Below are positions 56,716 to 64,000 of a DNA stretch of 64,000 nt, in pieces. The stretch is taken from assembly GCA_947589045.1 (NCBI GenBank), contig CANQBQ010000002.1, forward strand, positions 76,915-140,914. Direction: 5' to 3'. The notes below the pieces were generated by a model. It worked only from the letters and a program-made list of their open reading frames with translations. It did no database searches and had not been told where the DNA came from. Within the stretch, counting starts at the first letter, position 1. Every line of letters begins with the position of its first letter. The translations under genes and the position numbers were made by a program. The DNA is from an uncultured Clostridia bacterium. Its GTDB lineage: Bacteria; Bacillota; Clostridia; Monoglobales; Monoglobaceae.

Positions 56716-56833
56716 AGCGCACACCTCTTTTCAATAAAAATACGTTATCTTTAATTTTAACACACAGCATTTTGTTTTGCAAGAATATTTTATCATTTCT
56801 CTGTAAATATTAACTACGACGGAGGTGTTTTTA

Positions 56834-57577
56834 TTGGCGGAGGACGAAAAGGCGTTTGAAAGCAAAGACGGAGAAAACAGCGGAAACGGCGGGAGCGGAA
56901 ACCGTGAAAACAGCTCTCCGCAAAACTCCATTGAGGATATGGCGAGCGTGAAAACCAAAAATCCGCGCGGAAATATTTACTGTATGACCATCGTGGGGCA
57001 GATTGAGGGACACAATTTTTTGCCGCCCGGCACAAAGACCACCAAATACGAGCATATGATGCCGAAGCTCATTGAGGTGGAGGAGGCGGCGGACATCGAC
57101 GGCATTTTAATCCTTTTGAATACTGTGGGCGGTGACGTTGAGGCGGGGCTTGCCATAGCCGAAATGATTGCGAGCCTTAAAAAGCCCACAGCTTCACTTG
57201 TTTTGGGCGGAGGTCACAGCATAGGAGTTCCGCTTGCGGTATCGGCTGACCGTTCGTTTATTGTACCGTCCGCCACAATGACGGTGCATCCCATAAGAAT
57301 GAGCGGTACGGTTATCGGCGTAAGGCAAATGTTCGACTATTTCAGCAAGGTGCAGGAGAGGGTGATTTCGTTTGTAGTCAATCACTCCAACGCCACATAT
57401 GAGAATTTTGAGGCCTTGATGATGGAAACTCAAAAGATAGCAAATGACATCGGAACAATTTTATTCGGTGAGGAAACGGTAAAAAGCGGAATAATAGATA
57501 CCGTGGGCGGAGTTTCGGACGCGCTCGAGTATTTGTATTCCCGTATCGAGGCGCAAAAAGGCGAAAAATCATTGTAA
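56834..57577 (+). CDS. TepA-like ClpP-fold serine protease with a Gly/Asn/Ser-rich N-terminal extension
   Basis: TIVGQIEGH...LNTVGGDVEAGLAIAEMI...GGGHSIGVPLAV resembles TepA/ClpP-fold proteins. The start is either TTG 56834 (GGAGG 8 nt upstream) or the track GTG at 56825. Confidence 0.8.
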   Translation: MAEDEKAFESKDGENSGNGGSGNRENSSPQNSIEDMASVKTKNPRGNIYCMTIVGQIEGHNFLPPGTKTTKYEHMMPKLIEVEEAADIDGILILLNTVGGDVEAGLAIAEMIASLKKPTASLVLGGGHSIGVPLAVSADRSFIVPSATMTVHPIRMSGTVIGVRQMFDYFSKVQERVISFVVNHSNATYENFEALMMETQKIANDIGTILFGEETVKSGIIDTVGGVSDALEYLYSRIEAQKGEKSL

Positions 57578-57612
57578 ATTTACGGAAAATATAAAAAAAT
57601 ATTATTTTGTGC

Positions 57613-57641
57613 TTGACAAGACCCTAACTCATAGTTATAAT
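57613..57641 (+). promoter_or_regulatory. consensus sigma-A promoter of rpsU
   Basis: TTGACA (57613-57618), 17 nt, TATAAT (57636-57641). Confidence 0.65.
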
Positions 57642-57666
57642 TATAAGGTAACATTTTTTGACATCA

Positions 57667-57735
57667 TTATGCCGAGTTTATTTTTCAGATGGTTTGACTA
57701 AATGTGCGTCGGGGTTTCGACGAGGCTTGGCATAA
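57667..57735 (+). promoter_or_regulatory. structured element in the ~130-nt rpsU 5' leader
   Basis: A 10-bp closing helix TTATGCCGAG (57667-57676) / CTTGGCATAA (57726-57735, one G-U pair) encloses the hairpin CGTCG (57707-57711) / CGACG (57718-57722). Confidence 0.4.
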
Positions 57736-57778
57736 AATCCGTATTCCATGATGTAACTTGGAGGGAGGGAAATTAGTA

Positions 57779-57952
57779 ATGGCTGAAATCAGAGTTAAAG
57801 ATAATGAATCATTGGACAGCGCGCTTCGCCGTTTTAAGCGTTCCTGCGCTAAAGCCGGCGTTTTATCAGAGGTTAGAAAAAGAGAGCATTATGAAAAACC
57901 CAGTGTCAAGCGCAAGAAGAAATCCGAAGCTGCACGTAAGCGCAAATATTGA
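57779..57952 (+). CDS. rpsU: 30S ribosomal protein S21
   Basis: [70 protein letters not shown]. Confidence 0.95.
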   Translation: MAEIRVKDNESLDSALRRFKRSCAKAGVLSEVRKREHYEKPSVKRKKKSEAARKRKY

Positions 57953-57962
57953 TTTACTTAAT

Positions 57963-57989
57963 GAAACCCACATTTATAATGTGGGTTTC
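57963..57989 (+). other. 11-bp stem-loop between rpsU and yqeY (weak terminator/processing site candidate)
   Basis: GAAACCCACAT (57963-57973) / ATGTGGGTTTC (57979-57989). No clear T-run follows. Confidence 0.5.
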
Positions 57990-58029
57990 GCCATATTACA
58001 CATTAAATTTATATGAGGTGATTACAGTT

Positions 58030-58479
58030 ATGTCGATTAAAGAACAGCTTATGAATGATTTGAAGGAAGCTATGAAAGATAAGGACGTTGTACGCAAAAA
58101 CACGGTTCAGATGGTGCGTTCGGGTATTTTGCAGATTGAGAAGGACACCAAAACCGTGCTTGACGACGAGGGCGTTACCGACGTTATCGCGCGCGAACTG
58201 AAAAAGCGCCGCGACGTCCTGCCCGAATACGAAAAGAGCGGCAGAGAGGACTTGATCGAAGATTTGAATAAGGAAATAAAAGTCCTTATGTCGTATCTCC
58301 CCGAGCAGCTCAGCGAGGAAGAACTCGAAAAAATAGTTTCGGAGGTAATTGCCGAGGTGGGCGCGACGTCTATGAAGGATATGGGCAAAATTATGGCGAA
58401 CATTATGCCCAAAACAAAGGGCAGAGCCGACGGAAAGCTCATAAACAAAATCGTCAGAGAGAAGCTGTCGCAGGCTTAA
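58030..58479 (+). CDS. yqeY: GatB/YqeY domain-containing protein
   Basis: MSIKEQLMNDLKEAMKDKD...RKNTVQMVRSGI is typical of YqeY. Conserved rpsU-yqeY order. Confidence 0.9.
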   Translation: MSIKEQLMNDLKEAMKDKDVVRKNTVQMVRSGILQIEKDTKTVLDDEGVTDVIARELKKRRDVLPEYEKSGREDLIEDLNKEIKVLMSYLPEQLSEEELEKIVSEVIAEVGATSMKDMGKIMANIMPKTKGRADGKLINKIVREKLSQA

Positions 58480-58501
58480 GGGCGACCGAACGGAGAAAAT
58501 T

Positions 58502-58996
58502 ATGTTTAAAAAATTTCTTCCTCAGATTTATGCGGAAAGTATATACGATATAAATTTGTCCGAGCTTGAAGAAAGAGGGGTAAGAGCGTTTGTCCTCGAC
58601 ATCGACAACACGCTTGCGCCGTATGCCGCTCCCGAAGGCGACGAAAGGCTCAGAGGCTGGATAGCTCTTTTAAGGGAGCGCGGCTTTAAGTTGTATATCG
58701 CGTCAAATAATGACGGAGAGCGGGTGGAGCGATTTTGCGTGTCCATAGACGTCCCTTACATAGCAAAGGCGGGTAAACCGCTCAGCCGCGGCTTTATGAA
58801 GGCGTGCGAAATTATGGGTGTAGCGCCCGAAGAAACGGGCGTGATAGGCGACCAGCTTTTTACCGACATATACGGCGGCAACCGCTTAAATATGCCGACC
58901 GTTCTTGTCAAACCGATTTCGGACGCGGAGGGTAAGTTTATAAAATTTAAGCGTTTCTTTGAACGTATAATACTTAAAAACAGGTGGGGGTGTTAA
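58502..58996 (+). CDS. yqeG: YqeG-family HAD-IIIA phosphatase
   Basis: VLDIDNTLAPY (DxDxT), IASNN and GDQLFTDI motifs, 164 aa. Confidence 0.88.
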   Translation: MFKKFLPQIYAESIYDINLSELEERGVRAFVLDIDNTLAPYAAPEGDERLRGWIALLRERGFKLYIASNNDGERVERFCVSIDVPYIAKAGKPLSRGFMKACEIMGVAPEETGVIGDQLFTDIYGGNRLNMPTVLVKPISDAEGKFIKFKRFFERIILKNRWGC

Positions 58997-58998
58997 TT

Positions 58999-59862
58999 AT
59001 GGCGGCTTTTTTCGGAGTCGCGGGAAATCCCGACGATTTTTACGAGAGCGGGGGTAAATCTTCGCTTGAAATGCCGAAGTACGTGGCGGGGCTCGGAATT
59101 GAAGCCTATGAATATCAATGCGGAAAGGGCGTGAAAATCTCTGCGGACTCCGCAAAAACTTTGGGCGAGCGCGCACGCGAATACAATATCACGCTTTCAA
59201 TCCACGCGCCGTATTTTATAAGTCTTTCTTCGGTTGAAGAAGAAAAAAGGCTCAACAGCGTTAATTACATTATGCAGTCGCTCAATGCGGCAAAAAATAT
59301 GGGTGCAAAAAGAATTGTGGTGCACTCGGGCTCGTGCGGAAAAATCACGAGGCGTGAGGCGTTGGAGCTTGCGAAAAACACTCTTTCTCTTGCGCTTGCG
59401 GCGGCGGACGAGGCGGGCTTCGGAGACATAAGTATATGCCCCGAGACTATGGGAAAGGTAAATCAGCTCGGCAACGTATCCGAGGTTATGGAGCTTTGCA
59501 AGCTGGATGAGCGTCTTATCCCGACCATTGACTTCGGTCACGTAAACGCGCAGACGCGCGGCTCTCTCAAAACCAAAGAGGATTTTGAAGCTATTTTTGA
59601 TGAGATAGCAAATTCTCTCGGCTCGTGGCGCGCCGCGAATTTTCACGCGCATTACAGCAGGATAGAATATACGAACGCCGGCGAAAAGAAGCATCACACG
59701 TTTGCCGAGACGGAGTATGAACCCGAATTTGAACCTATCGCGCAGATTATCGCCGAGCGTGATTTGTCGCCCACGATAATATGTGAATCGCACGGTACGC
59801 AGGGCATAGATGCGGCGGCAATGAAAGAAATATATATAAAGGCGCTGAAAAATAATGCTTGA
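58999..59862 (+). CDS. AP endonuclease family 2 / endonuclease IV-like TIM-barrel protein
   Basis: IHAPYFISL, VVHSG, CPETMG, IDFGHVNA and HAHYS follow the Nfo-like metal-ligand pattern. ATG 58999 is preferred. Confidence 0.75.
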   Translation: MAAFFGVAGNPDDFYESGGKSSLEMPKYVAGLGIEAYEYQCGKGVKISADSAKTLGERAREYNITLSIHAPYFISLSSVEEEKRLNSVNYIMQSLNAAKNMGAKRIVVHSGSCGKITRREALELAKNTLSLALAAADEAGFGDISICPETMGKVNQLGNVSEVMELCKLDERLIPTIDFGHVNAQTRGSLKTKEDFEAIFDEIANSLGSWRAANFHAHYSRIEYTNAGEKKHHTFAETEYEPEFEPIAQIIAERDLSPTIICESHGTQGIDAAAMKEIYIKALKNNA

Positions 59863-60916
59863 ACGAATTGGAGTACTTCTTAAGGAATATGATGCGGTGC
59901 TGTTGACTTCACCCTACAATATGCGCTATTTCAGCGGATTTTCGGGCGGGGAAGGATGCGTCGTGATTTGCGGCGGCGGCAGTTTCCTCTTTACCGATTC
60001 GAGATATACCGAAGCGGCGGAAAAAGAGGCGAAGCGTTTTAAAGTGATAGAGTGCGGCGGCGCGGCTAAGCGCCATGCACTTATTTCCGAAATCGCAAAG
60101 AAAAACGATATACGGACAATGGCGTTTGAGGACGACTTTATGAGCTATGCCGAGTTTTCGATAATGTCGGACGGACTTGAAGGTGTATCACTTTGCGGGG
60201 CGTCAAACAAAATAAACGCACTCCGAATAATAAAAAGCGAGGACGAGATAAAAAAACTGCGCCGTGCGGAAGAAATAGGTATTCTTGCGTTTGAAAATGT
60301 TTTGAAAAATATAAAAGAGGGCATAATCGAGAGGGATATTGCGGCGGAGCTTGAATATTTTATGCGTAAGAACGGCGCGGACGGCGTATCGTTTGACACG
60401 ATTGCAATTTCGGGTAAAAACACCTCGCTTCCCCACGGAATGCCGTCGGGAAAAAGACTTGAAAACGGCGACTTTGTAACTATGGATTTCGGCTGTGTTT
60501 ACGACGGCTACTGCTCGGATATGACTCGCACAGTTGTTTTGGGCAAGGCGAGCGAGAAGCAAAAAAGAATATATTACACGGTACTTAAGGCACAGCTTTG
60601 CGGGCTTGAAGCCATACGCGCGGGCGTTATATGCGCGGACGCGGACGCGGCGGCGCGAAGCGTCATAAAAAACGCGGGCTTCGGTGAGTTCTTCGGGCAT
60701 TCGCTCGGTCACGGCGTAGGTCTGCAAATCCACGAAATGCCGAATTTATCCCCGAAGTGCAATATAAGGCTGGAGGAAAATATGATAGTGACCTGCGAGC
60801 CCGGAATTTACATTCCCGATTTCGGCGGAGTGAGAATTGAGGATATGGTTTGCGTAAAAAAGGACGGCGTGGAGAACTTTTCCGCGGGTTGCACCAAGGA
60901 ATTGATAGAGATTTAA
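59855..60916 (+). CDS. pepP: M24-family Xaa-Pro aminopeptidase/dipeptidase
   Basis: DFGCVYDGYCSDMTRT, HSLGHGVGLQIHE, EPGIY and VRIED are the metal ligands. Conserved position upstream of efp. Confidence 0.9.
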   Translation: MLERIGVLLKEYDAVLLTSPYNMRYFSGFSGGEGCVVICGGGSFLFTDSRYTEAAEKEAKRFKVIECGGAAKRHALISEIAKKNDIRTMAFEDDFMSYAEFSIMSDGLEGVSLCGASNKINALRIIKSEDEIKKLRRAEEIGILAFENVLKNIKEGIIERDIAAELEYFMRKNGADGVSFDTIAISGKNTSLPHGMPSGKRLENGDFVTMDFGCVYDGYCSDMTRTVVLGKASEKQKRIYYTVLKAQLCGLEAIRAGVICADADAAARSVIKNAGFGEFFGHSLGHGVGLQIHEMPNLSPKCNIRLEENMIVTCEPGIYIPDFGGVRIEDMVCVKKDGVENFSAGCTKELIEI

Positions 60917-61010
60917 AATTTTTCTTGCTTTTTTATATAATTTGTTATACAATGTTTGTGCGTTGTTTAAAACAGAATATGATATTATTTTTTATAGGAG
61001 GTAAATTCTA

Positions 61011-61568
61011 ATGATAGCAGCAGGTGATTTCAGAAACGGAATAACGTTTGAATATGAAGGAAATGTTTTTCAGGTTGTTGAATTTCAGCATGTAAAGCCC
61101 GGCAAAGGTGCGGCTTTTGTGCGTACAAAAATGAAAAATGTTATGACGGGCGCGGTGATTGAGAGAAGCTTCAACCCCACCGAGAAAATGCCCAAGGCTC
61201 ATATTGAGAGAAAAGATATGGAGTATCTTTACGAGGACAGTGGCCTTTACTACTTTATGGACCAGGAGACCTACGACCAGATGCCTCTCAGTGCGGAGCA
61301 GCTCGGAGACTCCCTCAAGTTTGTAAAGGAGAATATGCTTGTTAAAATTCTTTCATACAAGGGCAACGTGTTCGCGGTTGAGCCGCCGAACTTCGTTGAA
61401 CTTGAGGTTACCGCGACAGAGCCGGGCGTTAAGGGCAACACCGCAACAAACGTAACCAAGCCCGCAACATTGGAAACCGGCGCGGTTATAAATGTTCCCA
61501 TGTTCATTAACGAGGGAGATAAAATTCAGGTTGATACCCGCACGGGCGAATATCTCTCGAGAGCGTAA
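61011..61568 (+). CDS. efp: elongation factor P
   Basis: [47 protein letters not shown], 185 aa. GGAGG RBS. Confidence 0.96.
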   Translation: MIAAGDFRNGITFEYEGNVFQVVEFQHVKPGKGAAFVRTKMKNVMTGAVIERSFNPTEKMPKAHIERKDMEYLYEDSGLYYFMDQETYDQMPLSAEQLGDSLKFVKENMLVKILSYKGNVFAVEPPNFVELEVTATEPGVKGNTATNVTKPATLETGAVINVPMFINEGDKIQVDTRTGEYLSRA

Positions 61569-61601
61569 TTTTTACATACCGAGATAAAGGAGAAGATTTG
61601 A

Positions 61602-62009
61602 ATGGAACTTAGCAATAAAGCCGCATACCTCAAAGGTCTGGCGGACGGCGGAAATTTTGACAAAAATACCGCCGAGGGAAAAATAATATACTCACTGCTT
61701 GATTTGGTGAGAGATATGGCAAAGACTATCGAGGATTTGGACAGCGAAGTGGATTTCGTCAACGATAAGCTCGACGAGCACGAGGAGGTCATTGACCTTT
61801 TGGGAGAGCATATTTTCGGCGGCGAGGACGACGACTTCAATGAAGAGGACTCTTACCAGACCGTTTGCCCCAAGTGTGGGTCGGAGGTATACTTCACCGA
61901 GGATGACCTCGACGATATTGACGCGGGCAATTTTTGCTGCCCCGAATGCGGTACTGTAATCCGCATTGATTTTGACGGCTGTGACTGCGGCTGTGAACAC
62001 GACGAATGA
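61602..62009 (+). CDS. small acidic protein with a C-terminal zinc ribbon (uncharacterised; efp-linked)
   Basis: 135 aa with an N-terminal helical part, an Asp/Glu-rich linker, CPKCGSEV...CCPECGTVI and a terminal CDCGCEHDE. AAGGAG RBS. Confidence 0.75.
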   Translation: MELSNKAAYLKGLADGGNFDKNTAEGKIIYSLLDLVRDMAKTIEDLDSEVDFVNDKLDEHEEVIDLLGEHIFGGEDDDFNEEDSYQTVCPKCGSEVYFTEDDLDDIDAGNFCCPECGTVIRIDFDGCDCGCEHDE

Positions 62010-62013
62010 TAAT

Positions 62014-62052
62014 AAAAAATAACGGGTATGAATTCATACCCGTTATTTTTTT
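62014..62052. terminator. perfect palindromic bidirectional terminator
   Basis: AATAACGGGTATG (62018-62030) / CATACCCGTTATT (62035-62047) with loop AATT, an A-run on the left and T7 on the right. Confidence 0.85.
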
Positions 62053-62073
62053 ACTTTAAGCCATATTTTATTA

Positions 62074-64000
62074 TTACTGCGGCTTATGTGTCTCTTTTAT
62101 TATGCCCTTGCGGAACGCCGCGAGAAGCATCTCAAGGTCGGCGATTTGCTCCTGCACTTCTTTGCCGATGTCCGTATCCGCAACCATTTTTCGCTCCGAT
62201 ACCTTTTCAAGCACGATTTTAGTGGAGTGAATGTCTATTTCCTCTTTGATTGCCTTATTTCTTGATTCAAACGGCTCGTGAGAGGCAAGAATTAGCCCAT
62301 GGGAGTTGTATATCAGGGTATATCCCGCTATTCCCGTTTCGGGCTGATATGCCTTTGAAAGACCGCCGTCTATTACAAACAGCTTGCCGTTTGCCTTTAT
62401 CGGGCTTTCTCCCTTTCGTATCTTTACGGGAACGTGTCCGTTTATAATATGCGACTGGCGCGGGTCAAGTCCGAATTCGAGCATTATTTTTATACAGGTT
62501 TCCTCATTGTCAATATGCTTGTAATACGGGTTCTTGATTTCCTTGTGAAGCTCCTTGTCGTCGGTAAAATATCTCTCAAATGTTGCCATTTTGCTCTTTC
62601 CAAACAAGGGCGAGAACGGACCGAACGATAGATACCACAGAAAGTCGGTGCCTCTTTTGCGTTCTTCGCTGCCTTTTTTCGCAAAATAGCCGCTTCTCGC
62701 GATCTGCTCCGCCAAGTCGAGGAACTTTTTGCCCTTGAGCTTGGGTCCAAGCACGTCTATTTCCGCAAATTCTCCGCTGTCTGTCATCGGAATACAGCCG
62801 TGGAACATAAGATTTGAATTGTACTTGTTGTATATACTGCCCTTGGAGTACAAAAACTTGACGTGCGCCTGCAGCTTTTCGCTGTGTGCAAACGCGCCGT
62901 GCAGTCTTTCGACGACCTCCTGTTCCTGAGCGGTAAGCTCATACGGATTTTTCGGGTCAACGGTCGGAAGATTGCGGTCTACCAGCTTGTATTCTTTGCC
63001 GTTTAAAGTCAGAACGCCCTTTTCAAAGTCTATTTTGTCAAGCAGGAGTCGGTCGTCCATTTTGTATTCGGGGTGGCGCATTATAAGCTGACCCTCCAGC
63101 TTAAACTGAATTACGGTTATCGCTTTGTGGATTTTTGCGACTATATATGCGTCACTCTTGCTGTATTTTGTGGTATGGACGGTCTTGGGAAGGAATTTTT
63201 CGCAGTCGTCGTTGTCGTATACCTCCATGGCGAATACGGTAAGCGGTCTTATGTTTATACCGTATGCGTCCTCTATGGTGTCTATGTTGTCATATCTTGC
63301 GCTTATTCTCAGCACGTTTGCCATACAGGCGTCGCTTCCTGCCGCCGCGCCCATCCACGTTATGTCGTGATTGCCCCATTGTATGTCGAGCGAATGGTGC
63401 TTCATAATGTAGTCCATAACGATTGCCGCGCCCGGACCTCTGTCGAAAATGTCGCCTATTATATGGAGATGATCTACCGCCAGCCTTTGGATGAGGTTGG
63501 AGAGTGCGATTATAAACTCGTCCGCGCGGTCAATTCTTATTATTGTCTTAATGATTGCGCCATAGTATTTTTCCTTGTCAACCTCAATGTTTTCGGCGTG
63601 CAAAAGCTCGTCGATTATGTAGTCAAAGCCTTCGGGCAGAGCCTTTCTGACCTTGGAACGAGTGTATTTGGAGCCTATGACGCGGCAAAGCTCTACCAGA
63701 CGGTGAAGGGTTATGTTGTACCATTCCTCAAGGTCTTCGCATTGGGACTTTATAATCCTCAGCTTTTCGTTGGGATAATATACCAATGTTGCGAGCGACT
63801 TTCTCTCGCTCTCGCAGATGGTGTTCCCGAAAAGACCGTCTATTTTGGACTTTATTACGCCCGATGCGTTTTTCATAATATGCGTGAAAGACTCATATTC
63901 GCCGTGTATGTCCGAAACAAAATGCTCGGTTCCCTTGGGAAGATTTAAAATCGCCTGAAGATTTATAATTTCTTCGGACGCCTCTCTTATGTTTCTGTAT
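62074..64000 (-). CDS. fbp: fructose-1,6-bisphosphatase class 3 (N-terminus lies beyond the window end)
   Basis: The reading frame stays open upstream of the track Met at 63876 to the window edge: ...EEIINLQAILNLPKGTEHFVSDIHGEYESFTHIMKNASG. It then has HIIGDIFDRGPG and WGNHD metallophosphatase motifs. Confidence 0.92.
   Translation of the reverse strand, partial: YRNIREASEEIINLQAILNLPKGTEHFVSDIHGEYESFTHIMKNASGVIKSKIDGLFGNTICESERKSLATLVYYPNEKLRIIKSQCEDLEEWYNITLHRLVELCRVIGSKYTRSKVRKALPEGFDYIIDELLHAENIEVDKEKYYGAIIKTIIRIDRADEFIIALSNLIQRLAVDHLHIIGDIFDRGPGAAIVMDYIMKHHSLDIQWGNHDITWMGAAAGSDACMANVLRISARYDNIDTIEDAYGINIRPLTVFAMEVYDNDDCEKFLPKTVHTTKYSKSDAYIVAKIHKAITVIQFKLEGQLIMRHPEYKMDDRLLLDKIDFEKGVLTLNGKEYKLVDRNLPTVDPKNPYELTAQEQEVVERLHGAFAHSEKLQAHVKFLYSKGSIYNKYNSNLMFHGCIPMTDSGEFAEIDVLGPKLKGKKFLDLAEQIARSGYFAKKGSEERKRGTDFLWYLSFGPFSPLFGKSKMATFERYFTDDKELHKEIKNPYYKHIDNEETCIKIMLEFGLDPRQSHIINGHVPVKIRKGESPIKANGKLFVIDGGLSKAYQPETGIAGYTLIYNSHGLILASHEPFESRNKAIKEEIDIHSTKIVLEKVSERKMVADTDIGKEVQEQIADLEMLLAAFRKGIIKETHKPQ

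Overview
This 64-kb segment reads like core chromosome of a spore-forming, Clostridia-like Firmicute. Supporting genes are spoIVA, an uninterrupted pro-sigma-K gene, the DapL-type lysine pathway, PFOR and a class 3 FBPase. Intergenic spacers are AT-rich, with near-consensus sigma-A promoters and clean intrinsic terminators. I call 53 protein-coding genes, two of them cut by the window edges. I see no rRNA, tRNA, CRISPR array, transposase, integrase, or recognisable phage or defence gene. Gene order: PFOR (partial), spoIVA, a CxxC protein, cdd-pdp, typA, an orphan glycosidase-like gene, copA. Then a polyol/pentose-like operon (GldA-like dehydrogenase, PF04392-type ABC importer, araB, araD, acetyltransferase). 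Then an MMPL transporter plus giant GLUG-repeat surface protein operon, sigK, an esterase, mgtE, holA, a secreted PL1 pectate lyase and mltG. Then a split (archaeal/Thermotoga-type) glutamate synthase cluster with glnA and an ANTAR regulator. Then dapF-dapL, asnB, a UDG-family glycosylase, gdpP-rplI-dnaB, tilS-hpt, an aminotransferase, trpS, tagO-like/wecB, metA, a TepA-like protease, rpsU-yqeY, yqeG, an Nfo-like gene, pepP-efp, a zinc-ribbon protein and fbp (partial). Most of this is ordinary housekeeping. Four items deserve a second look. (1) The translationally coupled MMPL + 1164-aa GLUG/heptad-stalk surface protein pair is the only accessory-looking block. (2) A promoter-proximal terminator ahead of the glutamate synthase cluster has an alternative hairpin carrying an ANTAR-type A..G hexaloop, and the cluster ends with a pseudo-receiver ANTAR protein. 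(3) The mgtE leader is long and terminator-containing, does not fit a canonical M-box, and contains a Cys-rich 34-codon ORF with a strong RBS. (4) The araBD operon lacks araA but has a GldA-like dehydrogenase and a transporter of unknown substrate. All functional calls rest on my recognition of protein motifs. No database search was run.
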